IMG/VR virus record: IMGVR_UViG_3300032236_001850
Span: 1 to 64,000 of that record
Length of the DNA: 64,000 nt
Reading direction: 5' to 3' (one strand)
The notes beneath the pieces were generated by a model. The model saw nothing but the letters and a program-made list of their open reading frames with translations. It did no database searches and was not told where the DNA came from. This document shows positions 19,150-28,347 of the stretch, in pieces (position 1 is the stretch's first letter; each line of letters starts with the position of its first letter). Both the position numbers and the translations under genes were made by a program.

Positions 19150-19632
19150 ATGAAGAATTTTTTCTATCTTTTTCTGACAATCTTTATTGTCTCGTGTGTG
19201 GGTAATCACCACAAAAAACACAATGGTGAAACCTATGCAACTACAGATCGACCTGGATATTGCTATCATGGCAATGATGGCCTTTGGTATCTGTACTACC
19301 TAAATTCTACCGGTAATGGTTACACTTATGCTGGTACAGCCCAAAACTTTACAAGTTACAACTCATCAGAGACTGTTAGCTGGTCTCCAACAGCAGAGAA
19401 TGTAACAAATTTTGAATCTGTTCCTGAAGGAGTAGCGGAATCTATGACAGAAGCAACGGGTGAAACGACAGGTGGAACTGAAGCTACTGAAGGTGCAGAT
19501 GGAAGCATGTCGGAAGCTGATGGAAGTTCTGAAGGTGGATCTGATGGTGATTCAGGTTCTAGCAGTTCAGATTCAGGATCCGGTGGAGGTGACTCTGGTG
19601 GAGGTGGAGACGGTGGAGGTGGCGGAGAATAG
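19150..19632 (+). CDS. Lipoprotein with Gly/Ser/Glu-rich tail
   Basis: MKNFFYLFLTIFIVSC lipobox. Confidence 0.75.
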   Translation: MKNFFYLFLTIFIVSCVGNHHKKHNGETYATTDRPGYCYHGNDGLWYLYYLNSTGNGYTYAGTAQNFTSYNSSETVSWSPTAENVTNFESVPEGVAESMTEATGETTGGTEATEGADGSMSEADGSSEGGSDGDSGSSSSDSGSGGGDSGGGGDGGGGGE

Positions 19633-19642
19633 CCATAAAAAC

Positions 19643-19676
19643 ATAAAAAACCCAATCTGATGATTGGGTTTTTTAT
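19643..19676. terminator. Bidirectional intrinsic terminator
   Basis: ATAAAAAACCCAATC-TGAT-GATTGGGTTTTTTAT between convergent genes. Confidence 0.9.
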
Positions 19677-20644
19677 TAATCGTCAAATTCTGTTAATGCT
19701 CCGACTGGGGCAAATATTATTTTACCAAATGGTGGTTTATTGTACATTTGTGGTGAACATATAAACCAAATGACCTTATTCACATATTTTTTAATATTGA
19801 ATTGACTTTCTTTTGGCATTTCACCACCAGTATCCGTTAAATAAATAAAAACCGAGGGGTTTATTTTTTCATCTTCAACGTATTTGAAAGGAGGTAGAAA
19901 TCCACAATCGTTACCCCCTGTGGTTGCCCATTTGGAAAGATCCGGAAGTTGACCTCTTTTAATATTTACTTTATCAACATTATCTATTTGATCGCTACAG
20001 TATATAATATAAAGTGTATCGCACTTAAACTTTTTTGCTAAAAAGACAACCTCGTTAATAAAGGTCTTTGATTGGTTTTCCGATATCGAACCTGAAGTAT
20101 CGACTGCAGCAACTATTGTTTTCAATGTTTCCACTCCGCTTCTTTTCTGTCCATATATTGCTGTTCCTCCGGCTATAAATCTTCTATTTGGAAAAACCCA
20201 ATCCATTTTATTTACCGCCTTGTCAAAGAATCTTTTTAATTCTCCTTTCCAATCAACTAGAGCTGTTGTTCCTATTGAAGAATCAAGCATGGATCTTATG
20301 CTATCTGTTACTGCTCCCCCGTTAGTTGAAAGAGCCGATGCTGTTATTTTTCCCCAATCCGGCATTTTTATTTTTTTGTCGTAGGTTGTTGATTTTTTAT
20401 CTCCCTTATATTCTTTAGCATCAGTTTTTATAAGCTTTCCCTTGTTAGCAACATCGTTTGTTGTCGCAGCAGAATCACTTCCCTTACCAGTTGCTTTTGG
20501 AATATCTGACATAATATTGGGATTTTCTGAGAATTCAACATTCCCAATTTCCCCTTCCGGTTCACCATTATTGTTAACTTTTTCTCCTCCCTTTTTGGAG
20601 TCTTTTTTATTAACTACTGAATATTGACCTTTTTTTACTAACAT
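19676..20644 (-). CDS. vWA-like domain protein (DUF2201 C-terminal type)
   Basis: IVAAVDTSGSIS, GGND, FIYLTDTGG; DWK.EL.RF preceding motif. Confidence 0.8.
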   Translation of the reverse strand: MLVKKGQYSVVNKKDSKKGGEKVNNNGEPEGEIGNVEFSENPNIMSDIPKATGKGSDSAATTNDVANKGKLIKTDAKEYKGDKKSTTYDKKIKMPDWGKITASALSTNGGAVTDSIRSMLDSSIGTTALVDWKGELKRFFDKAVNKMDWVFPNRRFIAGGTAIYGQKRSGVETLKTIVAAVDTSGSISENQSKTFINEVVFLAKKFKCDTLYIIYCSDQIDNVDKVNIKRGQLPDLSKWATTGGNDCGFLPPFKYVEDEKINPSVFIYLTDTGGEMPKESQFNIKKYVNKVIWFICSPQMYNKPPFGKIIFAPVGALTEFDD

Positions 20645-20647
20645 GTT

Positions 20648-21664
20648 TTAAATTTCTATATCGCCGTTATTGTACACTTTTTTTATTGTACCACTTCCAC
20701 CTGATTTTAATACTACCTTATCGCCAACCTTAGGTAATAGTTTTCCGTTACTTTCCCCTGGTTTACCTTCTCCAGGTTTTCCTTCACCTTCTCCAGGTTC
20801 TCCGTTACCTTCCCCTTCTCCAGGTTCTCCGTTACCTTCTCCAGGTTCTCCATCACCTTCTCCAGGTTCTCCATCACCTTCTCCAGGTTCTCCATCACCT
20901 TCTTCATCTCCATCTCCATCTCCATCACCTTCTTCTGATTCTCCATCACCTTCCCCAGGTTCTCCTTCTCCAGATTCGTTATCTCCTTCCGCATCTTCCT
21001 GTTCATCTGAATCGTTTTTTCCCTCTTGTACTTGAAGATCTTCATTTGCTTCCGGTGTTTTCTCCTCTGGATCGTTAACTTCGCCCATCGCTGCCTGCAT
21101 CATAAGCTGATCTATTCTATTCATTGCTCCATCCTCTAAGAGTAGCTGGTAAATATCTTCAGCTCTCATACCAGCATATTTTCTTTCGTATAATCCAGCT
21201 TCCTTACCGCCCATTATTGGTTTTTTCCATTTACCGTTTATGAAATTGTCGTCGTGAATTAATAGCGGGTTTATTGCATAATCACAAGCAACGTTCCATA
21301 ATCTTGGATCTCTATTCTCTCTTCTTATATTATGCTGAAACATACAATGAAGAACCTCATGTGCAAGAACAAATCTTAGTGCTTCATCCGATTGATCCTG
21401 CACAAATTTTGGATGGAATATAATGGAAATTCCATTTGTGCACATTGTTGGTGGATCTATTTTATCTGAACCATAGATATCCAAATGCGCCAGCAATCTT
21501 CCGTAAAGATTTGCATTAAGATTAAGCCATAAAATGGCTCGCTTCATCTTTTTGTTTATCTCCTCAGAATCATAGGATTCCGACTCGTTTATGGCTTTAA
21601 TGTAAACATTAAAGCTAGTTATAGCCTTTCCTATGCCGGATCTAGTTTCTAATAATCTTTCCAT
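20648..21664 (-). CDS. Putative HExxH metallopeptidase (DUF2201_N type) with acidic repeat linker
   Basis: TMCTNG, FVLAHEVLHCMFQH, WNVACDYAIN; C-terminal KVGDKVVLKSGG small beta-barrel. Confidence 0.8.
   Translation of the reverse strand: MERLLETRSGIGKAITSFNVYIKAINESESYDSEEINKKMKRAILWLNLNANLYGRLLAHLDIYGSDKIDPPTMCTNGISIIFHPKFVQDQSDEALRFVLAHEVLHCMFQHNIRRENRDPRLWNVACDYAINPLLIHDDNFINGKWKKPIMGGKEAGLYERKYAGMRAEDIYQLLLEDGAMNRIDQLMMQAAMGEVNDPEEKTPEANEDLQVQEGKNDSDEQEDAEGDNESGEGEPGEGDGESEEGDGDGDGDEEGDGEPGEGDGEPGEGDGEPGEGNGEPGEGEGNGEPGEGEGKPGEGKPGESNGKLLPKVGDKVVLKSGGSGTIKKVYNNGDIEI
20755..20965. repeat. Coding tandem repeat, about 21-nt unit (G[DN]GEPGE)
   Basis: Directly visible; TTCTCCAGGTTCTCCATCACC units. 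Confidence 0.9.
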
Positions 21665-21669
21665 GGATA

Positions 21670-23166
21670 TTATATGTGTCCACTTGATTTTAATTTCCCC
21701 GTTAATAGAACAACAGCATCTCTTTTTGGACCTTCTTTATCTGTTGGAAGCGGTGTAAATTCTGGGAATTTACCAAGTATTAATGTTTTGTACATCCAGG
21801 ATAAAACTTCATTTTCATCATATCTAGAAATGTATTTTAATGCATTGTAAATTTTAGTAGGATCATACTCCTCTATTCTACCAAGTAGTAATGTTGCTAT
21901 ACCGTAAAGAACTGCGATGTCTGTCTTTGCTTTCATTACCAATGGAACATCGTCTGGATCTTCTAATATTCTATCAAGATCACTTTCCGGTATTTCTTTA
22001 AGAACTTTAAGGTAGTCTACGAAATCTGTTGCTCCTTCTATACCAACGGATGGTGAGAATATGTCAAATATTTGATCCATTGGAAGTTGTCTCCAGTTTT
22101 TCAAACCTTTAATTTTTAATTTACCAGCTAATTTAAGTGCTCCATCGGTCCAAGATCTAGGTGATGGATAAACTTTACCTTGATCTGGATCATTCTTATG
22201 AAATAAATGTTTCTTTCTCATAATGAATGCAGGTAATTCTGGTAATATTTTACTGTGTCCTACTGCAAATTCTTCCCATTCTTCTGGTTTAGGCACAAAG
22301 TTATAAACATCAAATCTATTTGCAAGAGCTGTCGACATTGGGTGGATATCAGCATCCGGGTCATCCTCTTGTCTGTTACCAGCTCCAACTATAATCCATT
22401 TATCAGGTAATTGGTAATCACCAATTCTGCCAGCTTGTACGAATTTAAGAAGCACATTATAGATTGGACCTTGAGCTCTGTTCATCTCATCAAGGAATAC
22501 TATACCACCTTTTCCATTCTCACCGTTATCTCTTGGTAATATAGATGGCGGGTTATCTCTGGTAAATCCTGAACCTGGATCGATAATAGCACCATTTTTA
22601 ACAACAGATGGTGTTATCTCGTGCTGTGATGGTATACCTCTAAAATCCTCAGGCAACATTGTTTCCAAATCTAGGAATAGGAAATTACATCCTATTTTGG
22701 AAGCTGCTTCAACCACAATTTCAGTTTTACCAATACCTGGTGCACCGTACATAAAAATAGGTTTTGCTCTTTCTCCTGCAACTTTTAATTCATATAGATC
22801 AATGATTTGGTTTTGTAGAAATTTACCTGATTTATCTATCGGGTTACCAGATTTAACTCCCCCTGGCCAACCAGTTCCAACCACAGCCTCATCTAGAGAT
22901 TCAGTAATACCAACTTCTCCAAAGAAATTTCTAAATTGGTCCAGAATAGGTCCATTCTCAGGCACAAATAACATGGCTCCAGGAAGTCCTTTTTTAGGAC
23001 CTCTTTTAATTTTTCTAATTTTATCATTTGCAAGAAGCTCAAAGAAATCCTTTGTCCATCCTGTGAATTTATCTATAACATTTGCTTTTAACCAGCTAAA
23101 AAGTCCTTCGTTGACCATGTATGATTCATTAACATAATCCTGAAAATTAAAAATTCTTTTTTTCAT
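21670..23166 (-). CDS. MoxR-family AAA+ ATPase with capsid-targeting-like leader
   Basis: GAPGIGKT, FLDEMNRA, ALANRF; N-term MKKRIFNFQDYVNE/S..VNE/G. Confidence 0.88.
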   Translation of the reverse strand: MKKRIFNFQDYVNESYMVNEGLFSWLKANVIDKFTGWTKDFFELLANDKIRKIKRGPKKGLPGAMLFVPENGPILDQFRNFFGEVGITESLDEAVVGTGWPGGVKSGNPIDKSGKFLQNQIIDLYELKVAGERAKPIFMYGAPGIGKTEIVVEAASKIGCNFLFLDLETMLPEDFRGIPSQHEITPSVVKNGAIIDPGSGFTRDNPPSILPRDNGENGKGGIVFLDEMNRAQGPIYNVLLKFVQAGRIGDYQLPDKWIIVGAGNRQEDDPDADIHPMSTALANRFDVYNFVPKPEEWEEFAVGHSKILPELPAFIMRKKHLFHKNDPDQGKVYPSPRSWTDGALKLAGKLKIKGLKNWRQLPMDQIFDIFSPSVGIEGATDFVDYLKVLKEIPESDLDRILEDPDDVPLVMKAKTDIAVLYGIATLLLGRIEEYDPTKIYNALKYISRYDENEVLSWMYKTLILGKFPEFTPLPTDKEGPKRDAVVLLTGKLKSSGHI

Positions 23167-23190
23167 TACCTCTATTTTTATTTTATTATC

Positions 23191-23198
23191 TATATATC
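23191..23198 (-). promoter_or_regulatory. GATATATA putative late promoter (MoxR operon)
   Basis: Recurrent motif. Confidence 0.65.
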
Positions 23199-23208
23199 GC
23201 CAAAAATA

Positions 23209-23240
23209 TTTTTATATTCCGAAAGAATTTATTACTTTTG
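23209..23240 (+). promoter_or_regulatory. Conserved 32-bp promoter (copy 3)
   Basis: TTTTTATATTCCG-N11-TACTTTTG. Confidence 0.85.
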
Positions 23241-23258
23241 CAATATAAAAATGAAGAA

Positions 23259-23726
23259 ATGGATAAAGATCTAGCTGAAGCGGAAGCAAGAGTTCTAAAT
23301 TATATAAGAACAACCAAGGAATATTCTGAAATGAATTTCCAGGATAATAACAGTAAAATATGGGTTGCCCATAATTCGCTGATTGCCGCTGCCAAAATAT
23401 ACATCATCGACAATTATAAATTGATTGACGATTACACTGATCTTGATCTTATATTGAGAAGTGGAGCAACAGGCGGGAGGTTTTATTTTGGGCCAAAAAG
23501 AAACAGGGAGGTTTCTAGATCAAAGGAGTTAACCAGAATTTTAAAAGAACTGGATAACCAAACAATAGTTATAGAAAGCTTCGATGAAGCTATCTATGAC
23601 TGGACAGATGGGGATTTTTCAGTGGTGTTCAATGGTGAATCATACAATTGGATAGACGATGATTCAGTTATAAGTATAGCGTCTTACATAGAAAAAAAAT
23701 TAGAGGAAAATGAAATACAATATTGA
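23259..23726 (+). CDS. Hypothetical protein
   Basis: Start reassigned to MDKDLAE. Confidence 0.7.
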   Translation: MDKDLAEAEARVLNYIRTTKEYSEMNFQDNNSKIWVAHNSLIAAAKIYIIDNYKLIDDYTDLDLILRSGATGGRFYFGPKRNREVSRSKELTRILKELDNQTIVIESFDEAIYDWTDGDFSVVFNGESYNWIDDDSVISIASYIEKKLEENEIQY

Positions 23727-24828
23727 GGAAGTTAACGAATATGTGGCTAAGGGATTGGTTGATAAATGTGAGCATAAAGAACTCCCGATAGCAATCTATA
23801 AATATTCACGTAATTGTCAGTTCGAATGGATCTGGGATAACATCACGATGAATATGAGAGGTACCGTTCTCGATGAGAATGGAAACCTTATAGCCCGTAC
23901 ATTTCCTAAGTTTTTCAATATTGACGAGGGGAACATACCAAATTTACCATTTGAAGTTTTCGAAAAACTTGATGGTTCACTTGGTGTCCTATTCAACTAT
24001 GAGGGAGAATGGCATCTGGCAACACAAGGTTCATTCTATTCTGATATTGCTATTTATGCACAGGAGATATTGAAACGAAACGAAACTTATAAGGATGTGT
24101 TCTCTGAGAAATTTACTTTCCTTTTTGAAATCATATACCCAAAGAATCGAATAGTTTGTTCATATGGTGATGATGAGAAATTGGTGCTTCTTGCTGCTTT
24201 CAATACTAAATCAGGTAGAGAGGTTCCTTATCAGGAATTAAAGGACGTTGCGGAAAGAACTGGATTTGAATGTGCTAAAAGATATGATGGGATCAAGGAT
24301 CTTAAAAAGATAAAATCACTAATCGGTGATAATCAGGAGGGATTTGTTATAAGATTCTCTGATGGAACTAGAGTAAAAGCAAAGGGGGAGGAATATGTAA
24401 GGCTTCATGGGGTTCTGACATCGTTCTCCAACTTAGATATCTGGAGATGCTTAAAAGAGGGAAGCGATTATAGATCTTTAATGGTTGATGTTCCTGATGA
24501 ATATGATGCATGGGTTACAAACATTGAACAGGATCTCCAATCTAATTTTAATTTTATAGAGGCAACGGTAAAGGCCGAATATAAATTATTAGTAAAGAAA
24601 CTTAAAAGTCAAATCCCGACGGAGGAGGAAAGACAAGATCGAAACTCACCAGTACTTAAGGCATACAATAAGGAATTCTTTGAGCTTGTGGAAGGAAACA
24701 GATTAGCTGGGTATTTATTAGATCATCACAGAAATAAGGACTATTCAGGATCAATCTGGAATCAAATAAGGCCGGATTACGAAAAACCATTTTGGACAGA
24801 TTACTCATTAAAAAGAAATAAACCATGA
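23710..24828 (+). CDS. RNA ligase, T4 Rnl1-like
   Basis: Motif I EKLDGSLG, FEIIYPKNRIV, EGFVIRF, RVKAK. Confidence 0.88.
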   Translation: MKYNIEEVNEYVAKGLVDKCEHKELPIAIYKYSRNCQFEWIWDNITMNMRGTVLDENGNLIARTFPKFFNIDEGNIPNLPFEVFEKLDGSLGVLFNYEGEWHLATQGSFYSDIAIYAQEILKRNETYKDVFSEKFTFLFEIIYPKNRIVCSYGDDEKLVLLAAFNTKSGREVPYQELKDVAERTGFECAKRYDGIKDLKKIKSLIGDNQEGFVIRFSDGTRVKAKGEEYVRLHGVLTSFSNLDIWRCLKEGSDYRSLMVDVPDEYDAWVTNIEQDLQSNFNFIEATVKAEYKLLVKKLKSQIPTEEERQDRNSPVLKAYNKEFFELVEGNRLAGYLLDHHRNKDYSGSIWNQIRPDYEKPFWTDYSLKRNKP

Positions 24829-25133
24829 TATACCCAATTATAACAAACCAAAGAAGAAAGTCAAAGATTGAGAAACCCAAGATCGAGACTCTAGGAAGCT
24901 ATACAAAATTAACACCGGAGGAATTCCAGAAACTCATGGCAGAGAGAACAAGAGTTTCTGGTTTAGTTGAATCTATTGGGTATATTAGCAACTGGTACGG
25001 ATTCGATAATCTCAAACATGAGGAGAAGATCGATTTTGTCAGAAGAATCGAAACACCAGAGTATTACACTTTGGCTGCAAGGATTAAAAGAATCATTAAA
25101 AAAGTTAGAAATGGAAGAGGTAATAAGTCATAA
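24825..25133 (+). CDS. Hypothetical protein
   Basis: Overlapping gene train. Confidence 0.65.
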   Translation: MIYPIITNQRRKSKIEKPKIETLGSYTKLTPEEFQKLMAERTRVSGLVESIGYISNWYGFDNLKHEEKIDFVRRIETPEYYTLAARIKRIIKKVRNGRGNKS

Positions 25134-25347
25134 GGTAAGAAGTAAAGTTGGTGAATTCTTATGCAAGAATGGATTTGAAGATAATGGACGAGGATTCTTC
25201 AATGAATATTGTTTGGTTATAGTGGAAGAGAATCACTATTGCGTGGAGATGGATCAGGGACACATGTTTAGCAATGATCTAAATATTTATTGGTTGATAG
25301 GTGTTCTTACTTATAATGGTTTAATGAATAAAAATTACATTCAATAA
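25111..25347 (+). CDS. Hypothetical protein
   Basis: Start reassigned to MEEVISHK. Confidence 0.6.
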   Translation: MEEVISHKVRSKVGEFLCKNGFEDNGRGFFNEYCLVIVEENHYCVEMDQGHMFSNDLNIYWLIGVLTYNGLMNKNYIQ

Positions 25348-25748
25348 TGATTAAAGAACAAGAAATAGAAAAAGCAAAATTAGAGTTTGCAATAGAGCAA
25401 TTGGAGCAACATATAGTTCATCCAATGAAACCCGGTTATAGAAGACATGACGTCATGGATAAGATCAAGGAATTAAAATCCCAGCTTAAGTCCATTACTG
25501 ATTCCGAGAGTAAAGAAATCATCATATTAATCCAAACCGATGGATCTTGCGAGATGGCAAGGGTATCAATGGATGGTGTTGGTGTGATGGAAGGCAACTT
25601 TTGGGATTTTCACCCAGGGTGTCACAATATAAATGAATATGGTGACTTTGGAAACTGTGATGATTTAGCAATAAAGATATTGCTTAAGCTCACAAAGGAA
25701 GGTAAAAAAGCCAAGATAATTAAGGAAAAATATAAATACGAATACTAA
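25347..25748 (+). CDS. Hypothetical protein
   Basis: TAATG-coupled. Confidence 0.7.
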   Translation: MIKEQEIEKAKLEFAIEQLEQHIVHPMKPGYRRHDVMDKIKELKSQLKSITDSESKEIIILIQTDGSCEMARVSMDGVGVMEGNFWDFHPGCHNINEYGDFGNCDDLAIKILLKLTKEGKKAKIIKEKYKYEY

Positions 25749-26395
25749 TGAAAATAATATTACAAGGACATCAGAAGATCTTCTGGACATCTGATTCCCA
25801 CTATAACCACTCCAACATATGTAGTGCTACTAGCGAATGGCCTGCAGGAAGAGGAACTCGGAAATTCAATTCATTGAATGAAATGAACGACCGACTAGTA
25901 TACGAGATCAATGCAATGGTAGGAGAGAATGATATACTAATCCACCTGGGAGATTGGAGCTTTGGTGGCATAGAATCTATCTCGGAGTTTCGAAATAGAA
26001 TTAACTGTAAAAACGTACACATCTTCTTAGGGAACCACGATCATCACATAAAAAACAACAGGGATAATGTGAGAGATCTTTTTGCTAGTGTCAATAAGCT
26101 GGAAACTATAGAGCTTCGAGTTCCACAAGGAAAGGAAACTAAGAAATACACATTTGAATGCTGTCATTTCCCAATAGCTAGTTGGGATGGACTTGGCAAG
26201 GGATATTCACATTTGCATGGACACGTTCATCTTCCTGGTAACTTAAAGATACACAAGGGAAGAGCAATGGATGTTGGTGCAGACGGAAACAACTACAAGC
26301 CATATTCATTGAATGAAATATTGAAGGCATTGGAGGGAAGACCTAAGATGCACTTATCATTACCAAAGGATCATCACACTGAGGAGGGGGACTAA
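25748..26395 (+). CDS. Calcineurin-like metallophosphoesterase
   Basis: SDSHYNH, HLGDWS, GNHD, HGHVH. Confidence 0.9.
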   Translation: MKIILQGHQKIFWTSDSHYNHSNICSATSEWPAGRGTRKFNSLNEMNDRLVYEINAMVGENDILIHLGDWSFGGIESISEFRNRINCKNVHIFLGNHDHHIKNNRDNVRDLFASVNKLETIELRVPQGKETKKYTFECCHFPIASWDGLGKGYSHLHGHVHLPGNLKIHKGRAMDVGADGNNYKPYSLNEILKALEGRPKMHLSLPKDHHTEEGD

Positions 26396-26396
26396 T

Positions 26397-26783
26397 ATGA
26401 AAACTTTATATCTATTGAGAGGATTACCAGGATCTGGTAAAACAACACTAGCTAAAAATATTGGCGGAGTTCACTATGAAGCCGACCAATATTTTGAGGC
26501 TAATGCTGGTGTACATTTCGATGGATATCAGTTGCAAAATGCCCATAATTACTGTAGAGAAAATGTAATTGGTGCTATGGAGTTGGGTGAACCTAGCATC
26601 ATAGTTTCCAATACTTTGACTAGAAAAAAAGAGGTCGAAGAATACATGGAACTCGGTGAAAAATATGGCTATAGAGTTTTCTCACTGGTTGTTGAAAATC
26701 GCCACGGTGGTGAAAATTCACACGATGTTGGTGAAGCAACATTAAACAAAATGAAAAACAGATTTGATTTAAAATTAATGTGA
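26397..26783 (+). CDS. P-loop kinase (AAA_33/PNK-kinase-like)
   Basis: LLRGLPGSGKTT, EADQYF, VSNT. Confidence 0.85.
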   Translation: MKTLYLLRGLPGSGKTTLAKNIGGVHYEADQYFEANAGVHFDGYQLQNAHNYCRENVIGAMELGEPSIIVSNTLTRKKEVEEYMELGEKYGYRVFSLVVENRHGGENSHDVGEATLNKMKNRFDLKLM

Positions 26784-27523
26784 TGGAAGAAAAATATTTG
26801 ACGCTTGAGGAGGCAAAGAAAAAATATGGGACATTTGAGAATGGTAGATTCTATGGGGTTCATAAAATATTCGACATTTACATAAATGATAAGCCACAGA
26901 GTGTTTATCGTGTGTCTGGATATGAACATCAACTCGGAAAGAATAACGGTGGACCTGCAGAATGGTGGCTTGATTATTCAACAGAAGTAAATCCAGAGAG
27001 GGAATTGGTTCCATATCTTGACCGCGGTGTACACAGGATATGTTGGGAAATCCGTTACAAACAGACCAATAGAACAAAACACAAATGGGGTGAATGGAGA
27101 ATCAATGCCACTGGGCTTTGTGAGATCCACGCAAACGGTAGGCACATTTACACCATGGTTAACTCAGATTTAGGTTCTGCTCTTTCAAATGCGCATGTTA
27201 TGACCGAAAGGCTTCTAAGTCACGTTTACGATTTTATAAATCCTGAGAATGACAATAACAGAAAGATCTATTACTATGGCCTACCAGCAACAGTAAGAAC
27301 TGGTTCAGCTCCCGGTGAGATCTGGGTTTATCCTGACTATGAAAAAATACCTGAAGCTAAATGGTGGAAGATATACTCGGAAAGAAGAACGCCAGCAGAA
27401 GATCTTGGTTCTAGGGAGGATAGAGAAATGGAGGAATCTGATGTGGAAGAGCATAAGGGATACGGATCGATCAATCACGGTGATGCTTTTTGGGATGGTA
27501 TGATTAACTGGTTTAGAAAATAA
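26780..27523 (+). CDS. Hypothetical protein
   Basis: Intact ORF. Confidence 0.75.
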   Translation: MMEEKYLTLEEAKKKYGTFENGRFYGVHKIFDIYINDKPQSVYRVSGYEHQLGKNNGGPAEWWLDYSTEVNPERELVPYLDRGVHRICWEIRYKQTNRTKHKWGEWRINATGLCEIHANGRHIYTMVNSDLGSALSNAHVMTERLLSHVYDFINPENDNNRKIYYYGLPATVRTGSAPGEIWVYPDYEKIPEAKWWKIYSERRTPAEDLGSREDREMEESDVEEHKGYGSINHGDAFWDGMINWFRK

Positions 27524-27933
27524 TGAAGTTTCTACATAGAGAACTGAATATGAGTTATTTCTCAGAATTTTCTGAGGAGAACATTAGAATTATATCTTTG
27601 AAAATTGATGAGATTAATGAGGATATGGTCAGTATGCTTTTTTCCATTATGCACGAATTTCTTGATTCCAAAACTCTTAACCATATATGTTATCACACTA
27701 GTAAATTACTGGGTATCGATGGCAATAATATGTATATTATAATGGATGGGGATTGGGTAAAAACAAAAGATCTAAATTTTGGTAAAGATTTGGATTTTAT
27801 AGTAATCGATGATAGAAGGGGCGATCCTCAATCCATAATTAATGCAATTAAAATAAAAACGAAACAAGGCGATGTTTTTCCGGTAGAAAGATATCTAGAG
27901 ACATTAATAATATTTTGGAAAACAATAAAATGA
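27523..27933 (+). CDS. Hypothetical protein
   Basis: TAATG-coupled. Confidence 0.7.
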   Translation: MKFLHRELNMSYFSEFSEENIRIISLKIDEINEDMVSMLFSIMHEFLDSKTLNHICYHTSKLLGIDGNNMYIIMDGDWVKTKDLNFGKDLDFIVIDDRRGDPQSIINAIKIKTKQGDVFPVERYLETLIIFWKTIK

Positions 27934-28346
27934 TGAACACATATAACCTATTTTTGGACGATATAAGACATCCTTATGATTGCATAAGTTATATGCCATC
28001 CCCAGGAATATATTCAAAATACGACTGGAAAACGGTCCGCAATTATGATGAATTCGTTTCTTTCATCACAAAGAACGGACTTCCCGATCTAATCTCATTC
28101 GATCATGATCTAGCGGACGAGCACTATAACCCTGACATGTACAACGGCCAGGAGATCTACAACAAGCACTATTCAGAATTCAATGAGAAGACTGGTATGG
28201 ACTGTGCAAAATGGCTCGTTGACTATTGCATAGACAACAAAAAGGAACTTCCTGATTTTGTGGTTCATTCCATGAATCCAGCGGGAGGCGAGAACATCAG
28301 ACAACTATTAACACAATTTAAAGAATTTCAACACAAAAATCAATAA
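27930..28346 (+). CDS. Cyclic-phosphate-processing receiver (cREC) domain protein
   Basis: LFLDDIR.P, ISFDHDL, TG.DCAKWL, VHSMNPAG. Confidence 0.8.
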   Translation: MMNTYNLFLDDIRHPYDCISYMPSPGIYSKYDWKTVRNYDEFVSFITKNGLPDLISFDHDLADEHYNPDMYNGQEIYNKHYSEFNEKTGMDCAKWLVDYCIDNKKELPDFVVHSMNPAGGENIRQLLTQFKEFQHKNQ

Positions 28347-28347
28347 C

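Noticed and set aside
20670-21045. ORFs 20670..21035(+) and 20713..21045(-); likewise 19356..19655(-) and 8728..8976(+)
   Set aside because: Shadows or alternate frames of low-complexity coding repeats inside better-supported genes
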